Part shown: piece by piece, positions 34,045 through 43,196 of the stretch | Position numbering within the stretch: the stretch's first letter is position 1 | Layout of the letters: each line of letters begins with the position of its first letter | NCBI GenBank assembly: GCA_947457885.1 | Contig: CANGXU010000002.1 | Span: 548-64,547, forward strand | DNA length: 64,000 nt | Direction: 5' to 3' | DNA from: Betaproteobacteria bacterium | GTDB taxonomy: Bacteria > Pseudomonadota > Gammaproteobacteria > Burkholderiales > CAIKXV01 | Made by a program: the position numbers and the translations under genes | The notes under the pieces: generated by a model | Databases searched by the model: none | The model's input: only the letters and a program-made list of their open reading frames with translations | Told to the model about the DNA's origin: nothing

Positions 34045-35805
34045 ATGGACCTGACATCGCCGCCGCTGCCTGCCGGCCACGCAGTGCCTGAGGAGGCCGC
34101 CGGTGCCGGCGTGATCCTCATCGACAGCGACCTGGCCGTACGGCGCGACCTGCAGGTGATGCTCGAGGCGAACGGCGCGCGGCTGTTGGCCGTATCGTGT
34201 GTCGCCGAGGCAGTGGAGCTGGCCGATCGCGGCGAGGCCGCGGTCGTGCTGTGCGCGATGTCGGAGGGAGATGGGGCGCTGCGTGCGCTCGCGGAACGTC
34301 GCCTGGACAGCCGGCCAGCGTGTCCGTGGACGCTGGTCGCGCTGGTGCCGGCGTCGGCCGTGGAAGCAGACATCGAACGCCTCCATGGGCTCGCGGACGA
34401 CTTCCTGCAGTTGCCGCTCAGCGTCGGATGGCTTGGTGCCCGGTTGCGGATGTACCTGCGCATGGGGGCGTATGTCGAGCGCACGCAGGCGCAGCGCACG
34501 ATGCTCATGCGCCATCAGGACGAGGCTGAGGAAGAGCAGCGTATCGCTAGCTACCTGATCTCCCGACTGGAACGCCTTGATCCGCTCGCCGAGCGCCTGA
34601 TGCATGCCTGGGTCTCGCCCGCGCACCACCTGAGCGGCGACGTCGTCGCCGTCGCGCGCTCGCCGGATGACCGGATCAACGTGCTGCTGGCCGACGGTAC
34701 CGGCCATGGCCTCGCCGCGGCGATTTCCGTGCTGCCCGTCAGCGAGGTGTTCCACCGCATGACCGACCGCGGCTTCGACATCGCGAGCATCGTCACCGAG
34801 ATGAACCGGAAGCTGCGCAGTTGCATGCCTGCCGACCGCTTCGTTGCCTGCGTGGCTGCCTCGATCGACATGCGCGATCGGGTGATCGAACTGTGGAACG
34901 GGGGTTGTCCGCCTGTCATGCTGCTGGGCAGCGACGGCAGCATGGAGCGCATCTGGCGATCTCGCCACATGGCGCTCGGCATCCTCGACGACAAGGACTT
35001 CGACAGCTCGATCGAGCGTTTTTCGTACCGGGAGCAGTCCCAGCTGATGGTCGTATCCGACGGTCTCTCGGAGGCGCTCGGGCAGGACGGCAAGCATCGC
35101 TTCGGCGATCGCGAACTGCTCGAGGCGGTACGCGGCGAGGCAGCGCCCCGGCTGTCCCGGGTCGTCAGCCGCCTGCAGGCGTTCACCGGTGGACGTGCCC
35201 TCGAGGACGATGCGTCCGTGCTGTTGGTCGACTGCCTGCTCGAGCCGCTCGCCGAGCCTGTCGTTGAAACGCCCGCAGCGACAGGTAGCGTGCGTACGTC
35301 GCACTGGGCACTCGAGTTGCGGCTGGGACCGACTCAACTGCGCAAGCTCACGCTGGCGCCGTTTGCCAGCAGCCTGGTCGAGCAGCTCGGCATTCCCCGC
35401 AGTCTGCGTTCGAACGTGTACTGCATGCTGTCGGAACTCCTCGCCAACGCGCTCGACTACGGCGTACTCGGCCTGGACCCGGCAGTGCTCGACATGCCCG
35501 GCGGCAGGGAGCGGTTTCGCGATGACCGGGCAGCCCGGCTGGCCGGGCTGTCTTCCGGCAGCCTTTGGATCAAGGCGGCCGTCGAGCCCTTCGGTGGTGG
35601 CGAGTACCTGCAGGTCGAGATCGAGGACTCCGGTACAGGTTTCGACATCGAAGGTCTGGAGGCCCGGCTGGCCGGGCTCGGTGCCGCGGATGCAGTACGG
35701 CGCGGCCGTGGTCTGGAACTCGTGCGGTCGGTGTGTACCGAACTGCGCTTCGACCAGCGGGGGCGACGCGTGGTCGCGATCATCGCGCTGTCCGCGGGCC
35801 GCTGA
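34045..35805 (+). CDS. three-domain partner-switching regulator: receiver-like domain + PP2C/SpoIIE phosphatase + RsbW-type HATPase (HsbR/CrsR-like architecture)
   Basis: N-terminal REC-like fold (VILIDSD...). SpoIIE motifs SGDVVAV, LLADGTGHGLAAA, VSDGLSEA, EDDASVL. C-terminal anti-sigma kinase motifs SELLANALDYG, IEDSGTGFD, GRGLELV. Confidence 0.8.
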   Translation: MDLTSPPLPAGHAVPEEAAGAGVILIDSDLAVRRDLQVMLEANGARLLAVSCVAEAVELADRGEAAVVLCAMSEGDGALRALAERRLDSRPACPWTLVALVPASAVEADIERLHGLADDFLQLPLSVGWLGARLRMYLRMGAYVERTQAQRTMLMRHQDEAEEEQRIASYLISRLERLDPLAERLMHAWVSPAHHLSGDVVAVARSPDDRINVLLADGTGHGLAAAISVLPVSEVFHRMTDRGFDIASIVTEMNRKLRSCMPADRFVACVAASIDMRDRVIELWNGGCPPVMLLGSDGSMERIWRSRHMALGILDDKDFDSSIERFSYREQSQLMVVSDGLSEALGQDGKHRFGDRELLEAVRGEAAPRLSRVVSRLQAFTGGRALEDDASVLLVDCLLEPLAEPVVETPAATGSVRTSHWALELRLGPTQLRKLTLAPFASSLVEQLGIPRSLRSNVYCMLSELLANALDYGVLGLDPAVLDMPGGRERFRDDRAARLAGLSSGSLWIKAAVEPFGGGEYLQVEIEDSGTGFDIEGLEARLAGLGAADAVRRGRGLELVRSVCTELRFDQRGRRVVAIIALSAGR

Positions 35806-35886
35806 CGCCGCCGCCGGGGCTGCAGTTGCCGTGACGCGCGCTTTTGCACTAAAGTCCGCGCGGATCGAACGACGGGACAGGCAAAG

Positions 35887-36729
35887 ATGGCTGCACAGCG
35901 GATTGACGGCAAGGCGCTCGCCGAACAGGTGCTCGCGGAGTGCCGGACCAGGGTGGACGCACTCGCAGAACGCGGAATCCGGCCGGGGCTGGCGGTGGTG
36001 CTGGTCGGCGACAACCCGGCATCGCGCGCCTATGTACGCAACAAGGTCAGGGCCTGCGGCACGGTCGGCGTGCATTCCGAGGTGGTCGAGCTGCCGGCCA
36101 CGGCGTCCCAGGCCGAAGTGCGCGAGGTGGTGCGGCGGTTGAACGATGACCGTTCGATCCACGGCATCCTGGTGCAATTGCCGTTGCCGTCCGGACTGGA
36201 CGAGGCGGCGATCCTTGCCGAGGTGATGGCCGCAAAGGACGTCGATGGCTTTCATGCGCTGAACCGCGGCGACCTGCTCGGCGGGCACACCCGGTTCCCG
36301 CCGTGTACGCCCGCAGGCATGATGCGCATGCTCGATTCGATCGGCGCGAAGCTCAGCGGCAAGGAGGCAGTCGTGGTGGGGCGCAGCAATACCGTCGGAA
36401 AACCGATGGGACTGCTCCTGTTGGGCCGGGACGCTACCGTCACCCTCTGCACATCGAAGACGCGCGACCTCGCCTCGCACACCCGCCGGGCCGATGTGCT
36501 GGTGGTGGCAGTCGGCCGTCCGGGCATTGTCGCCGGCGACATGGTGAAGCCGGGTGCGATCGTGCTCGACGTCGGCATCAACCGCACGACCGACGGCAAG
36601 CTGGTCGGCGACATCGATTTCGGCTCGGTCGAGCAGGTGGCCGGTTACGTGACGCCAGTGCCGGGCGGTGTGGGTCCGATGACGGTGGCGATGCTGGTGG
36701 TCAACACGATCGGGGCCGCGGGCGGCTGA
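35887..36729 (+). CDS. folD: bifunctional methylenetetrahydrofolate dehydrogenase/cyclohydrolase
   Basis: IDGKALAEQV...LAVVLVGDNPASRAYVRNK...HGILVQLPLP...VVGRSNTVGKPM...TPVPGGVGPMT. Confidence 0.95.
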   Translation: MAAQRIDGKALAEQVLAECRTRVDALAERGIRPGLAVVLVGDNPASRAYVRNKVRACGTVGVHSEVVELPATASQAEVREVVRRLNDDRSIHGILVQLPLPSGLDEAAILAEVMAAKDVDGFHALNRGDLLGGHTRFPPCTPAGMMRMLDSIGAKLSGKEAVVVGRSNTVGKPMGLLLLGRDATVTLCTSKTRDLASHTRRADVLVVAVGRPGIVAGDMVKPGAIVLDVGINRTTDGKLVGDIDFGSVEQVAGYVTPVPGGVGPMTVAMLVVNTIGAAGG

Positions 36730-36783
36730 CCAGCCGCGCCGCGGGGCACGGCTGGCACCTCAGCCGGGCAAGTACGGTACGGG

Positions 36784-39700
36784 TCAGGTCGTTGCCGGTG
36801 CCGGCTGGCGCTCCAGCCGGGCAAGGCAGCGGGCGATCCACTGTGCAGTGAGCTTCTCCTGTACCGAGTTCTGGCGCAGCCGCTCGTTCAGTGCCGGGAA
36901 GTCCACCTGGTCGAGCGACTGGTCCTGGTTGAAGCACGAGAAGACGTAGGTAATCCGGCCGGTCTCGCGGTCGCGGTGGGGCTGAAGGCACTGCGCGCAG
37001 ATCTCCTTCATCATGCACTGCATCGGCGAGTTGATCGAACCGATCGCCCGGTGGGTCGATTTCAGATGGCGTGCCAGTACGCCATGCCGCGCCGCGCCGA
37101 CGGCGGCCATCATCCGGTCGGAGCCGATCGCGATGATGCGGTCGACGTCGGTCACCTGGATCGATGCTTCGCCGAGCTGGCCGTCGGCATACGCTGCGAT
37201 CGCCTCGACGATGTTGGCGCTGATGGTCCTGTCCTGTGACCGGCTGGGCTCGAAACCCGGGGACTCGTCGCAGCACCAGATGACGGTATCGGCTGCAGCC
37301 TCGATCTCCTCGACCTTGTAGCGGTCGATGCGTTTCTTGTACCCCGCGAAGTAGAGCACCTTCGATCCGGCGGCGCGCAGCGCCTGACCGATCGAGAACA
37401 GCACCGCGTTACCCAGACCACCGCCCACCAGCATGACGGTTTCGCCCGCGACGATCTCGGTCGGCTCGCCGGTGGGCCCCATCAGCACGATCGGCTCGCC
37501 GGGACGCAGCGTCTTGCACAGGTCCGACGAGCCGCCCATTTCGAGCACGATGGTCGATACCAGCCCGCGCTGCGGATCGACCCATGCACCGGTCATCGCC
37601 AGGCCCTCCATCGCGAGGCGGGTGCCGTCGATCCTGGCGGCGTTCATCTCGTAGTTCTGCAGGCGATAGAACTGGCCCGGCCTGAACCGGGACGCAGCGC
37701 GGGGGGCCTTCACCACCACCTCGATGATGGTCGGCGTCAGGCGGTTCACCGCATGCACGGTCGCGCGCAGTTCGCCGTTCAGGCGATCGAGGAAGGCGGT
37801 TTTGTCCGGCGCCGGGCAGGCGGGCAGCGCGGCGAGCACGCGCGAGACGGTCGGGTAGCCCTGCTTGGCCGACCCCATCGCCTTCACCACGTTGCCGAAA
37901 TAGGACGGATGCAGGTCGCCGAAGAAGCTGATGAACCGGCCGTCGTCGCGGCGGGACATGAACACGTTGGGCTGCTTCGGCTTGGAGATCGATCGCTCGG
38001 GGCGCACGGGATTACCCTGTTCGTCGCAGGCCCTGAAGTAGCGGCCATCGAGCACGAACGTCTGCGCATCTTCGCGCGCCAACACCGTGTTCGGGTTCGT
38101 GCCGGCGGCTATCAGCACGGTACGGGCGGGCAGCGCCACGTCCCCGGCATCGGTCCATTGGCCATCGTCGGACCGCGACTGGCGGGTCATCGTGATCGAC
38201 TGCACATGCTGCAGCTCATCGACATCGATGCGCAGCGGCGACAGCCCTTCCGCGAACACGATGCCTTCCTCCAGTGCCTTGTGCACCTCTTCGTGGTTCA
38301 GCGTATAGGACGGCGAGTCGACCAGGCGCTTGCGGTAGGCCAGCGTGACGCCGCCCCAGCCGGCGATCATCGCGGCCAGCCGCGGAGGGCGGCCCTCGGT
38401 GGCGGCCGAGCGGCGTTCGACGCGGATCGCCTGTGCATGGGCGATGAATTCGTCGGCGATCGCGCGCTCCTCCGCGTTCCAGCGTGCGCGCACTGCGTCA
38501 CTGCCCTGTTCCGCGGCCAGCGTCTCGTAGCGGGACAGGAACTTCTCGACCTGCACCGGATAGTAGGCGAGCGATTCGGTCGCCGTGTCGACGGCGGTGA
38601 GCCCGCCGCCGATCACCACCACTGGCAGGCGCAACTGCATGTTGGCGATGGAATCGGCCTTGGCGGCACCGGTCAGCTGCAGCGCCATCAGGAAATCGGA
38701 AGCGGTACGCACGCCGCGGGCGAGGCCGTTGGGCATGTCGAGGATGGTCGGCCGGCCGGCACCGGCGGCCAGCGCGACATGGTCGAAGCCGAGGTCGAAC
38801 GCATCCTGCGCGGTGAGCGTGCCGCCGAAGCGAACGCCGCCGAACATCGCGAACTCGGCGCGGCGCTCGAGCACGAGCCGGATCACCTTCAGGAAGTTCT
38901 TGTTCCAGCGTACGGTGATGCCGTACTCGGCAACGCCCCCGAAACCGGCCATGACCCGGTCATCGAGCGACTCGTACAGGTCCTGCACGTCGCGCACCGG
39001 ATGGAAGGGCACCCGCCGACCGTGGCCATCCACGCCGGACAGTTCCGGCGGCAGCGGCTCGATCTTCAGGCCGTCGATGCCGGCCACCACATGGCCGTCG
39101 TTCATCAGGTGGTGCGCCAGCGTGAAGCCGGCCGGACCCAGGCCGACCACCAGGACCTTGCGGCCGGTGGAGGCGCGCGGCAGCGGCCGCCGGAGGTCGA
39201 GCGGGTTCCAGCGCGTCAACAGGCTGTAGATCTCGAAGCCCCAGGGCAGTTCCAGAACGTCCTTCAGCGTCCGCGTCTCCGATTCCGGGATGTTGACCGG
39301 TTCGGTCTTCTGGTAGATGCAGGCCTTCATGCAGTCGTTGCAGATCCGGTGGCCGGTGGCCGGCATCATCGGGTTGTCGATGGCGATCAGGGCCAGTGCG
39401 CCGATCGCATGGCCCATCGCCTTCACCTCGTGGAACTCGGAAATGCGCTCCTCGAGCGGACAGCCGGCCAGCGCCACCGCGAACGGGGACTTCTTGTACT
39501 GCGCGGCCGCGGGCAGTGCATCGAGGGTGGCTGCATCGCCCTTCAGCTTTTCCTTCAGCCCCTTCGAGCAGGAGTCCTTGCCCTGGTGGTGGCACCAGAT
39601 GCAGTAGTGCGCCTGGTCGAGTGCGCCGACCAGGTCGGTGCCGCGATCGGTCAGCGCGAATCCTTCGCGATGTCGCTGGTGCGCTTCGCCAAGCGTGAAT

Positions 39701-40320
39701 GCCCGGTAGCCGCCAGAGGTATCGGCCTCGACCGGGACGAGGTGCAGCGGATCCGTCTTGTGCGGCGTCTTGAACAGCACGCCGGCAGCGTGCCGGCGGC
39801 GGCCCTCCGGCGTGGCCAGCGCCCAGGCAGCGTAGTGCAGGGCGAGGACGACGCGGTCGGCGTGCGCCGGCTCGGCCTGCCAAGCGGACACGTGCCGTGC
39901 GAACGCGGTTTCACCGAAGGGTTCGCCGAACCACTGCCCAAGCGTGGACGCTGCCGCGTCCGCGTCAAAACCGACCAGCGCCTCCGGCTTTACCTTGGTC
40001 GCTGCCTGGCGCTGCACGAACTGCCGCTTGCATTCGTACAGCGGCGCCAGTTCGCTGTGGCGCGCCGAGAGCGCGCGTACGGCTTCGCCGATGCCGAACA
40101 GCTCGCCGACGAAGTCGTCTACCCAGGGCGAAAGCTCGATCAACAGAGCAGCCTCGGCCGCTGCGTCCAGTGCGTTCGGGGCCTCGCGCGCACAGCGCAG
40201 CCGGGTACCCAGCCCGGCATCGCCGGCGTGGAGCCATTCCAGGAAGGCGGCGTCGAGTGCGATGAGGCCTTCGTGTTGATACAGTTGTTCGAAGCGGAGC
40301 CCGTGGGCGAGAGAAAGCAT
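36784..40320 (-). CDS. large multidomain flavoprotein: unknown N-domain + GltD/NfnB-like Fe-S/FAD/NAD(P) oxidoreductase + PyrK/NfnA-like ferredoxin-NADP reductase module
   Basis: Cys clusters (CIWCHHQGKDSC, HRICNDCMKAC), Rossmann motifs VLVVGLGPAGF and VVVIGGGLTAVD. The C-terminal FNR-like module has RFRPGQFYRL, MLVGGGLGNA and a PyrK-type 2Fe-2S motif (SPMQCMMKEICAQC...FSC). Start ATG 40320 inside the longer ORF. Confidence 0.75.
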   Translation of the reverse strand: MLSLAHGLRFEQLYQHEGLIALDAAFLEWLHAGDAGLGTRLRCAREAPNALDAAAEAALLIELSPWVDDFVGELFGIGEAVRALSARHSELAPLYECKRQFVQRQAATKVKPEALVGFDADAAASTLGQWFGEPFGETAFARHVSAWQAEPAHADRVVLALHYAAWALATPEGRRRHAAGVLFKTPHKTDPLHLVPVEADTSGGYRAFTLGEAHQRHREGFALTDRGTDLVGALDQAHYCIWCHHQGKDSCSKGLKEKLKGDAATLDALPAAAQYKKSPFAVALAGCPLEERISEFHEVKAMGHAIGALALIAIDNPMMPATGHRICNDCMKACIYQKTEPVNIPESETRTLKDVLELPWGFEIYSLLTRWNPLDLRRPLPRASTGRKVLVVGLGPAGFTLAHHLMNDGHVVAGIDGLKIEPLPPELSGVDGHGRRVPFHPVRDVQDLYESLDDRVMAGFGGVAEYGITVRWNKNFLKVIRLVLERRAEFAMFGGVRFGGTLTAQDAFDLGFDHVALAAGAGRPTILDMPNGLARGVRTASDFLMALQLTGAAKADSIANMQLRLPVVVIGGGLTAVDTATESLAYYPVQVEKFLSRYETLAAEQGSDAVRARWNAEERAIADEFIAHAQAIRVERRSAATEGRPPRLAAMIAGWGGVTLAYRKRLVDSPSYTLNHEEVHKALEEGIVFAEGLSPLRIDVDELQHVQSITMTRQSRSDDGQWTDAGDVALPARTVLIAAGTNPNTVLAREDAQTFVLDGRYFRACDEQGNPVRPERSISKPKQPNVFMSRRDDGRFISFFGDLHPSYFGNVVKAMGSAKQGYPTVSRVLAALPACPAPDKTAFLDRLNGELRATVHAVNRLTPTIIEVVVKAPRAASRFRPGQFYRLQNYEMNAARIDGTRLAMEGLAMTGAWVDPQRGLVSTIVLEMGGSSDLCKTLRPGEPIVLMGPTGEPTEIVAGETVMLVGGGLGNAVLFSIGQALRAAGSKVLYFAGYKKRIDRYKVEEIEAAADTVIWCCDESPGFEPSRSQDRTISANIVEAIAAYADGQLGEASIQVTDVDRIIAIGSDRMMAAVGAARHGVLARHLKSTHRAIGSINSPMQCMMKEICAQCLQPHRDRETGRITYVFSCFNQDQSLDQVDFPALNERLRQNSVQEKLTAQWIARCLARLERQPAPATT

Positions 40321-40589
40321 CGGAGATCGTTCGCAGTTGCGGTTGGGCGGGGATCCGGCGGCACCGGGCAGGGCGACGTACATTCGCCCGCACGACGGGT
40401 CGTGCCGAGACCCGCGCCGATCGGCAATGATAGTGCGGATCAGGCGACTGCGACCTGCAGGCGCCGTGCGTACCACGGACTGTCCCCGATGCCGGCCGGA
40501 ACCGAGCCGTCCCGGCCAGACGGCTGGCAGCAGGCGTGGACGCGCGGTAAGCTCCCGGACCGCACTCCTCAAGCGTTCCCATTGCCGTG

Positions 40590-41648
40590 ATGTCCATACC
40601 CGAATCCGATCATCCCGGCATTGCCCTGTGCCTTTCCGGTGGCGGCTATCGCGCAGTCCTGTTCAATGCCGGCGCCGTGCTGCGACTCGCCGAGGCTGGG
40701 CTGCTCGTGCGCGCGACCCGCGTCTGCGGTGTGTCCGGTGGCGCGATCGTTGCCGCACTGGTCTCGGTGCAATGGTCGCGGCTGTCGGCAGACGGCTTTG
40801 CTCCGGCTGCGGTCCGGCGCGAGATCCTCGGCCCGCTGCGCGCGCTGGCCAGCCGGACGCTGAACGGGCGCTCCGTGGTCGGCGGCCTGCTGTTCCCGCG
40901 CTCGCTGAGCGAATGGATCTCACATAACCTCGACCGTGAGCTGTACCGCGGTGTCCGGTTCGGCGACCTGCCGCTGGGGCCGAGGCTGTCGATCGGCGCC
41001 AGCCAGCTGAACTCGGGCAGCCGCCTGGTGTTCGGCAACGAAGTACGCAGCCGTGCGGGGGCGATATCGATCGGCGACCCGAGCTACCCGGTGACCGATG
41101 CGGTCTGTGCATCGATCGCGATGCCGCCTGCGTTTCCGGCGCTGCGCGTGAGTGGCAGCGCCATCGACGGCGACTCACATGCGATGCAACTGGCCGACGG
41201 CATGCTCTGCGATCCGCTCGCACTGGCCGATGCACAGGGCTGCAGGACGCTTTGGGTCAGCGACGGGGGCGGCGCGCTGGTCGATCAGACGTCCATCGAC
41301 GGCAGGAGCGAGCAGGCCGCGCGCGCCATAGAAGTGTTGCAGCATTCATTGAGCGTGGCGCCCAGAAAAGGGTTGTTGTCGGCCTTCCGGGAGGGGCGAC
41401 ATGCCGGCGCCTACTGGTCGCTGCGCGCGGCCACCGCCGACTACCCTGCCGACACCTGCCTTGTCTGCCCGCCAGCGCGCGCGGCCGAACTGGCGGCGCT
41501 GCCGACCCTGTTCACCGCGATGCCCGACGAGTTGCAGGAGCGACTGATCAACTGGGGCTATGCGATATGCGACATTGCCCTGCGCTCCTGGTACGACGAG
41601 GCGCTGCCGCACCCCGCCGAGTTCCCGTACCGCGACCGGGGCCTCTGA
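40590..41648 (+). CDS. patatin-like phospholipase
   Basis: Oxyanion hole LSGGGYRA, nucleophile elbow GVSGGA, catalytic Asp in VSDGGG. A GTG at 40587 is an alternative start. Confidence 0.8.
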   Translation: MSIPESDHPGIALCLSGGGYRAVLFNAGAVLRLAEAGLLVRATRVCGVSGGAIVAALVSVQWSRLSADGFAPAAVRREILGPLRALASRTLNGRSVVGGLLFPRSLSEWISHNLDRELYRGVRFGDLPLGPRLSIGASQLNSGSRLVFGNEVRSRAGAISIGDPSYPVTDAVCASIAMPPAFPALRVSGSAIDGDSHAMQLADGMLCDPLALADAQGCRTLWVSDGGGALVDQTSIDGRSEQAARAIEVLQHSLSVAPRKGLLSAFREGRHAGAYWSLRAATADYPADTCLVCPPARAAELAALPTLFTAMPDELQERLINWGYAICDIALRSWYDEALPHPAEFPYRDRGL

Positions 41649-41688
41649 ACAGCGCCTCGGCCCGTACCGTGGGCACCTGCCGCCGCGT

Positions 41689-42933
41689 TCAGCCGGCGTG
41701 GTACACCGCACGTGCCGCATCGACGCCCGCACCGCGCGTGAACCGGTGGTGCTCGCCCGCGAGTACCGCTTCCAGGGCCGCCAGGGTGGTCAGCACCGCA
41801 TCGCGACGTGCGTTGTAGCCCATCGCGCCGATGCGCCAGATGCGTCCGTGCAATGGACCGAACGAGGTGCCGATCTCGATGTTGAACTCGTCCAGCATCG
41901 CGGTGCGTACACGGTCCCCGCTGACGCCTTCCGGGATCCAGACGCCGGTGACGTTCGGCATCTTGTTGGCCTTGTCGCCGAAGATCTTCAGGTTCATCGC
42001 CTCGAGCGCTGCGACGATCGCGCGGCTGGCAAGGGCGTGCCGTGCGTACACTGCCGCATGGCCCTCCTGCAGGAAGATGCGCGCGCATTCTCGGGCTGCA
42101 TAGAGCATGGAGGTGGCTTCGGTGTGGTGGTTGAGCGCTCGCTCGCTCCAGTAGTCGATGATCATCGCGAGATCGAAGTAGTTCGACGCGATGATGCCTC
42201 CGGCTCCAGGCTGGTAGTCGGCCGGTCGCAGGCCTTCCTCGACATGCCGGCGTCGCATGATCACTTCGCACAGCGAGTCGGACAGCGTGATCGGCGCGAT
42301 GCCCGACGGGCCTGCGAGGCATTTCTGCAGCGCGCCGGTCACGCAGTCGATCTGCCATGCGTCAACCGGCAGCGGGGTGCCGCACAGCGATGCAGTGGCA
42401 TCGACCTGCAGCATCACACCATGGCGTCGACACAGGGCTCCCAGTTCGGAGAGTGGCTGCAGCATCGTCGTCGAGGTGTCGCCCTGGCAGCAGGCCAGCA
42501 GCTTCGGGGAGAAGGCGCGGATCTCGGCTTCGATGAGTGCGAGGTCGAACACCGTGCCCCATTCGGCCTCTATCACCCGCACTTGCGCGCCGACCCGACG
42601 CGCGATCTCGGCCTTCAGCTGGCCGAATCGTCCGAAGCTCGCCACCAGCACACGGTCGCCCGGCTCGATCAGCGACACCATCACGGTCTCGATCGCCGAG
42701 CGGGCCGTACCATCGATGCACAGCGTCTGTGCATTAGACGTCTCGAACACGCCGCGATAGAGGTCCTGCGTATCGCGCATGTACTGGCGGAACTGCGGAT
42801 CGAACTGGCCGAGCAGCTGTGCCGACATCGCGCGCAGCACGCGCGGATCGGCATTGATCGGGCCCGGTCCCATCAGCAGGCGGGGCAGCGGATTGAGCTC
42901 GGACAACGCCTGCGCGGGTATCGAAGGTGACAT
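41689..42933 (-). CDS. class V aminotransferase (alanine/serine--glyoxylate aminotransferase family)
   Basis: LLMGPGPINADPRVLRAM N-terminus and the PLP-Lys region CVTGALQKCLAGPSG, typical of AGXT/SPT-type enzymes. Confidence 0.8.
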   Translation of the reverse strand: MSPSIPAQALSELNPLPRLLMGPGPINADPRVLRAMSAQLLGQFDPQFRQYMRDTQDLYRGVFETSNAQTLCIDGTARSAIETVMVSLIEPGDRVLVASFGRFGQLKAEIARRVGAQVRVIEAEWGTVFDLALIEAEIRAFSPKLLACCQGDTSTTMLQPLSELGALCRRHGVMLQVDATASLCGTPLPVDAWQIDCVTGALQKCLAGPSGIAPITLSDSLCEVIMRRRHVEEGLRPADYQPGAGGIIASNYFDLAMIIDYWSERALNHHTEATSMLYAARECARIFLQEGHAAVYARHALASRAIVAALEAMNLKIFGDKANKMPNVTGVWIPEGVSGDRVRTAMLDEFNIEIGTSFGPLHGRIWRIGAMGYNARRDAVLTTLAALEAVLAGEHHRFTRGAGVDAARAVYHAG

Positions 42934-43196
42934 GGGTTCAACCGTGTTGTGAGAAGTTCAGGAAAGAAGCTGCGTCGGCCAAGTGTAGAACAGCGTCGCG
43001 CCGATCGGTCGAAATCGGCCTGCGCCCGTGCCGGACGCCAGCCGCCGTCACGGGCGGGAGAGGGGCGGGGGGCTACAATGGCACATTGCGGTCGTCGAGG
43101 CAGGGGCCGCAATCTGCGCGATGCCTGTGTCTGCCCGTCACCTCTCCGGCCTTCCATGCCCGACCCGTCCATCCTCTGCTGCCTGGCGGAGCGCGC

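Noticed and set aside
33235-36480. 1081-aa minus-strand ORF spanning cheB, the STAS gene, the PP2C gene and folD
   Set aside because: It is antisense to four genes with clear domain motifs. Its translation is Arg/Ala/Gly/Pro-rich with no recognisable motifs. It is a typical shadow ORF caused by the lack of stop codons in high-GC DNA.
37753-40590. 945-aa plus-strand ORF
   Set aside because: It is antisense to the 1178-aa flavoprotein, which has clear Rossmann and Fe-S motifs. Its composition is low-complexity and Arg/Gly/Ala-rich, so it is a shadow ORF.
40587-41648. Patatin-like phospholipase as the effector of a defence system (CBASS-like)
   Set aside because: It is flanked by a flavoprotein and an aminotransferase, and no cyclase, sensor or other defence partner is adjacent. 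It looks like a stand-alone housekeeping lipase.
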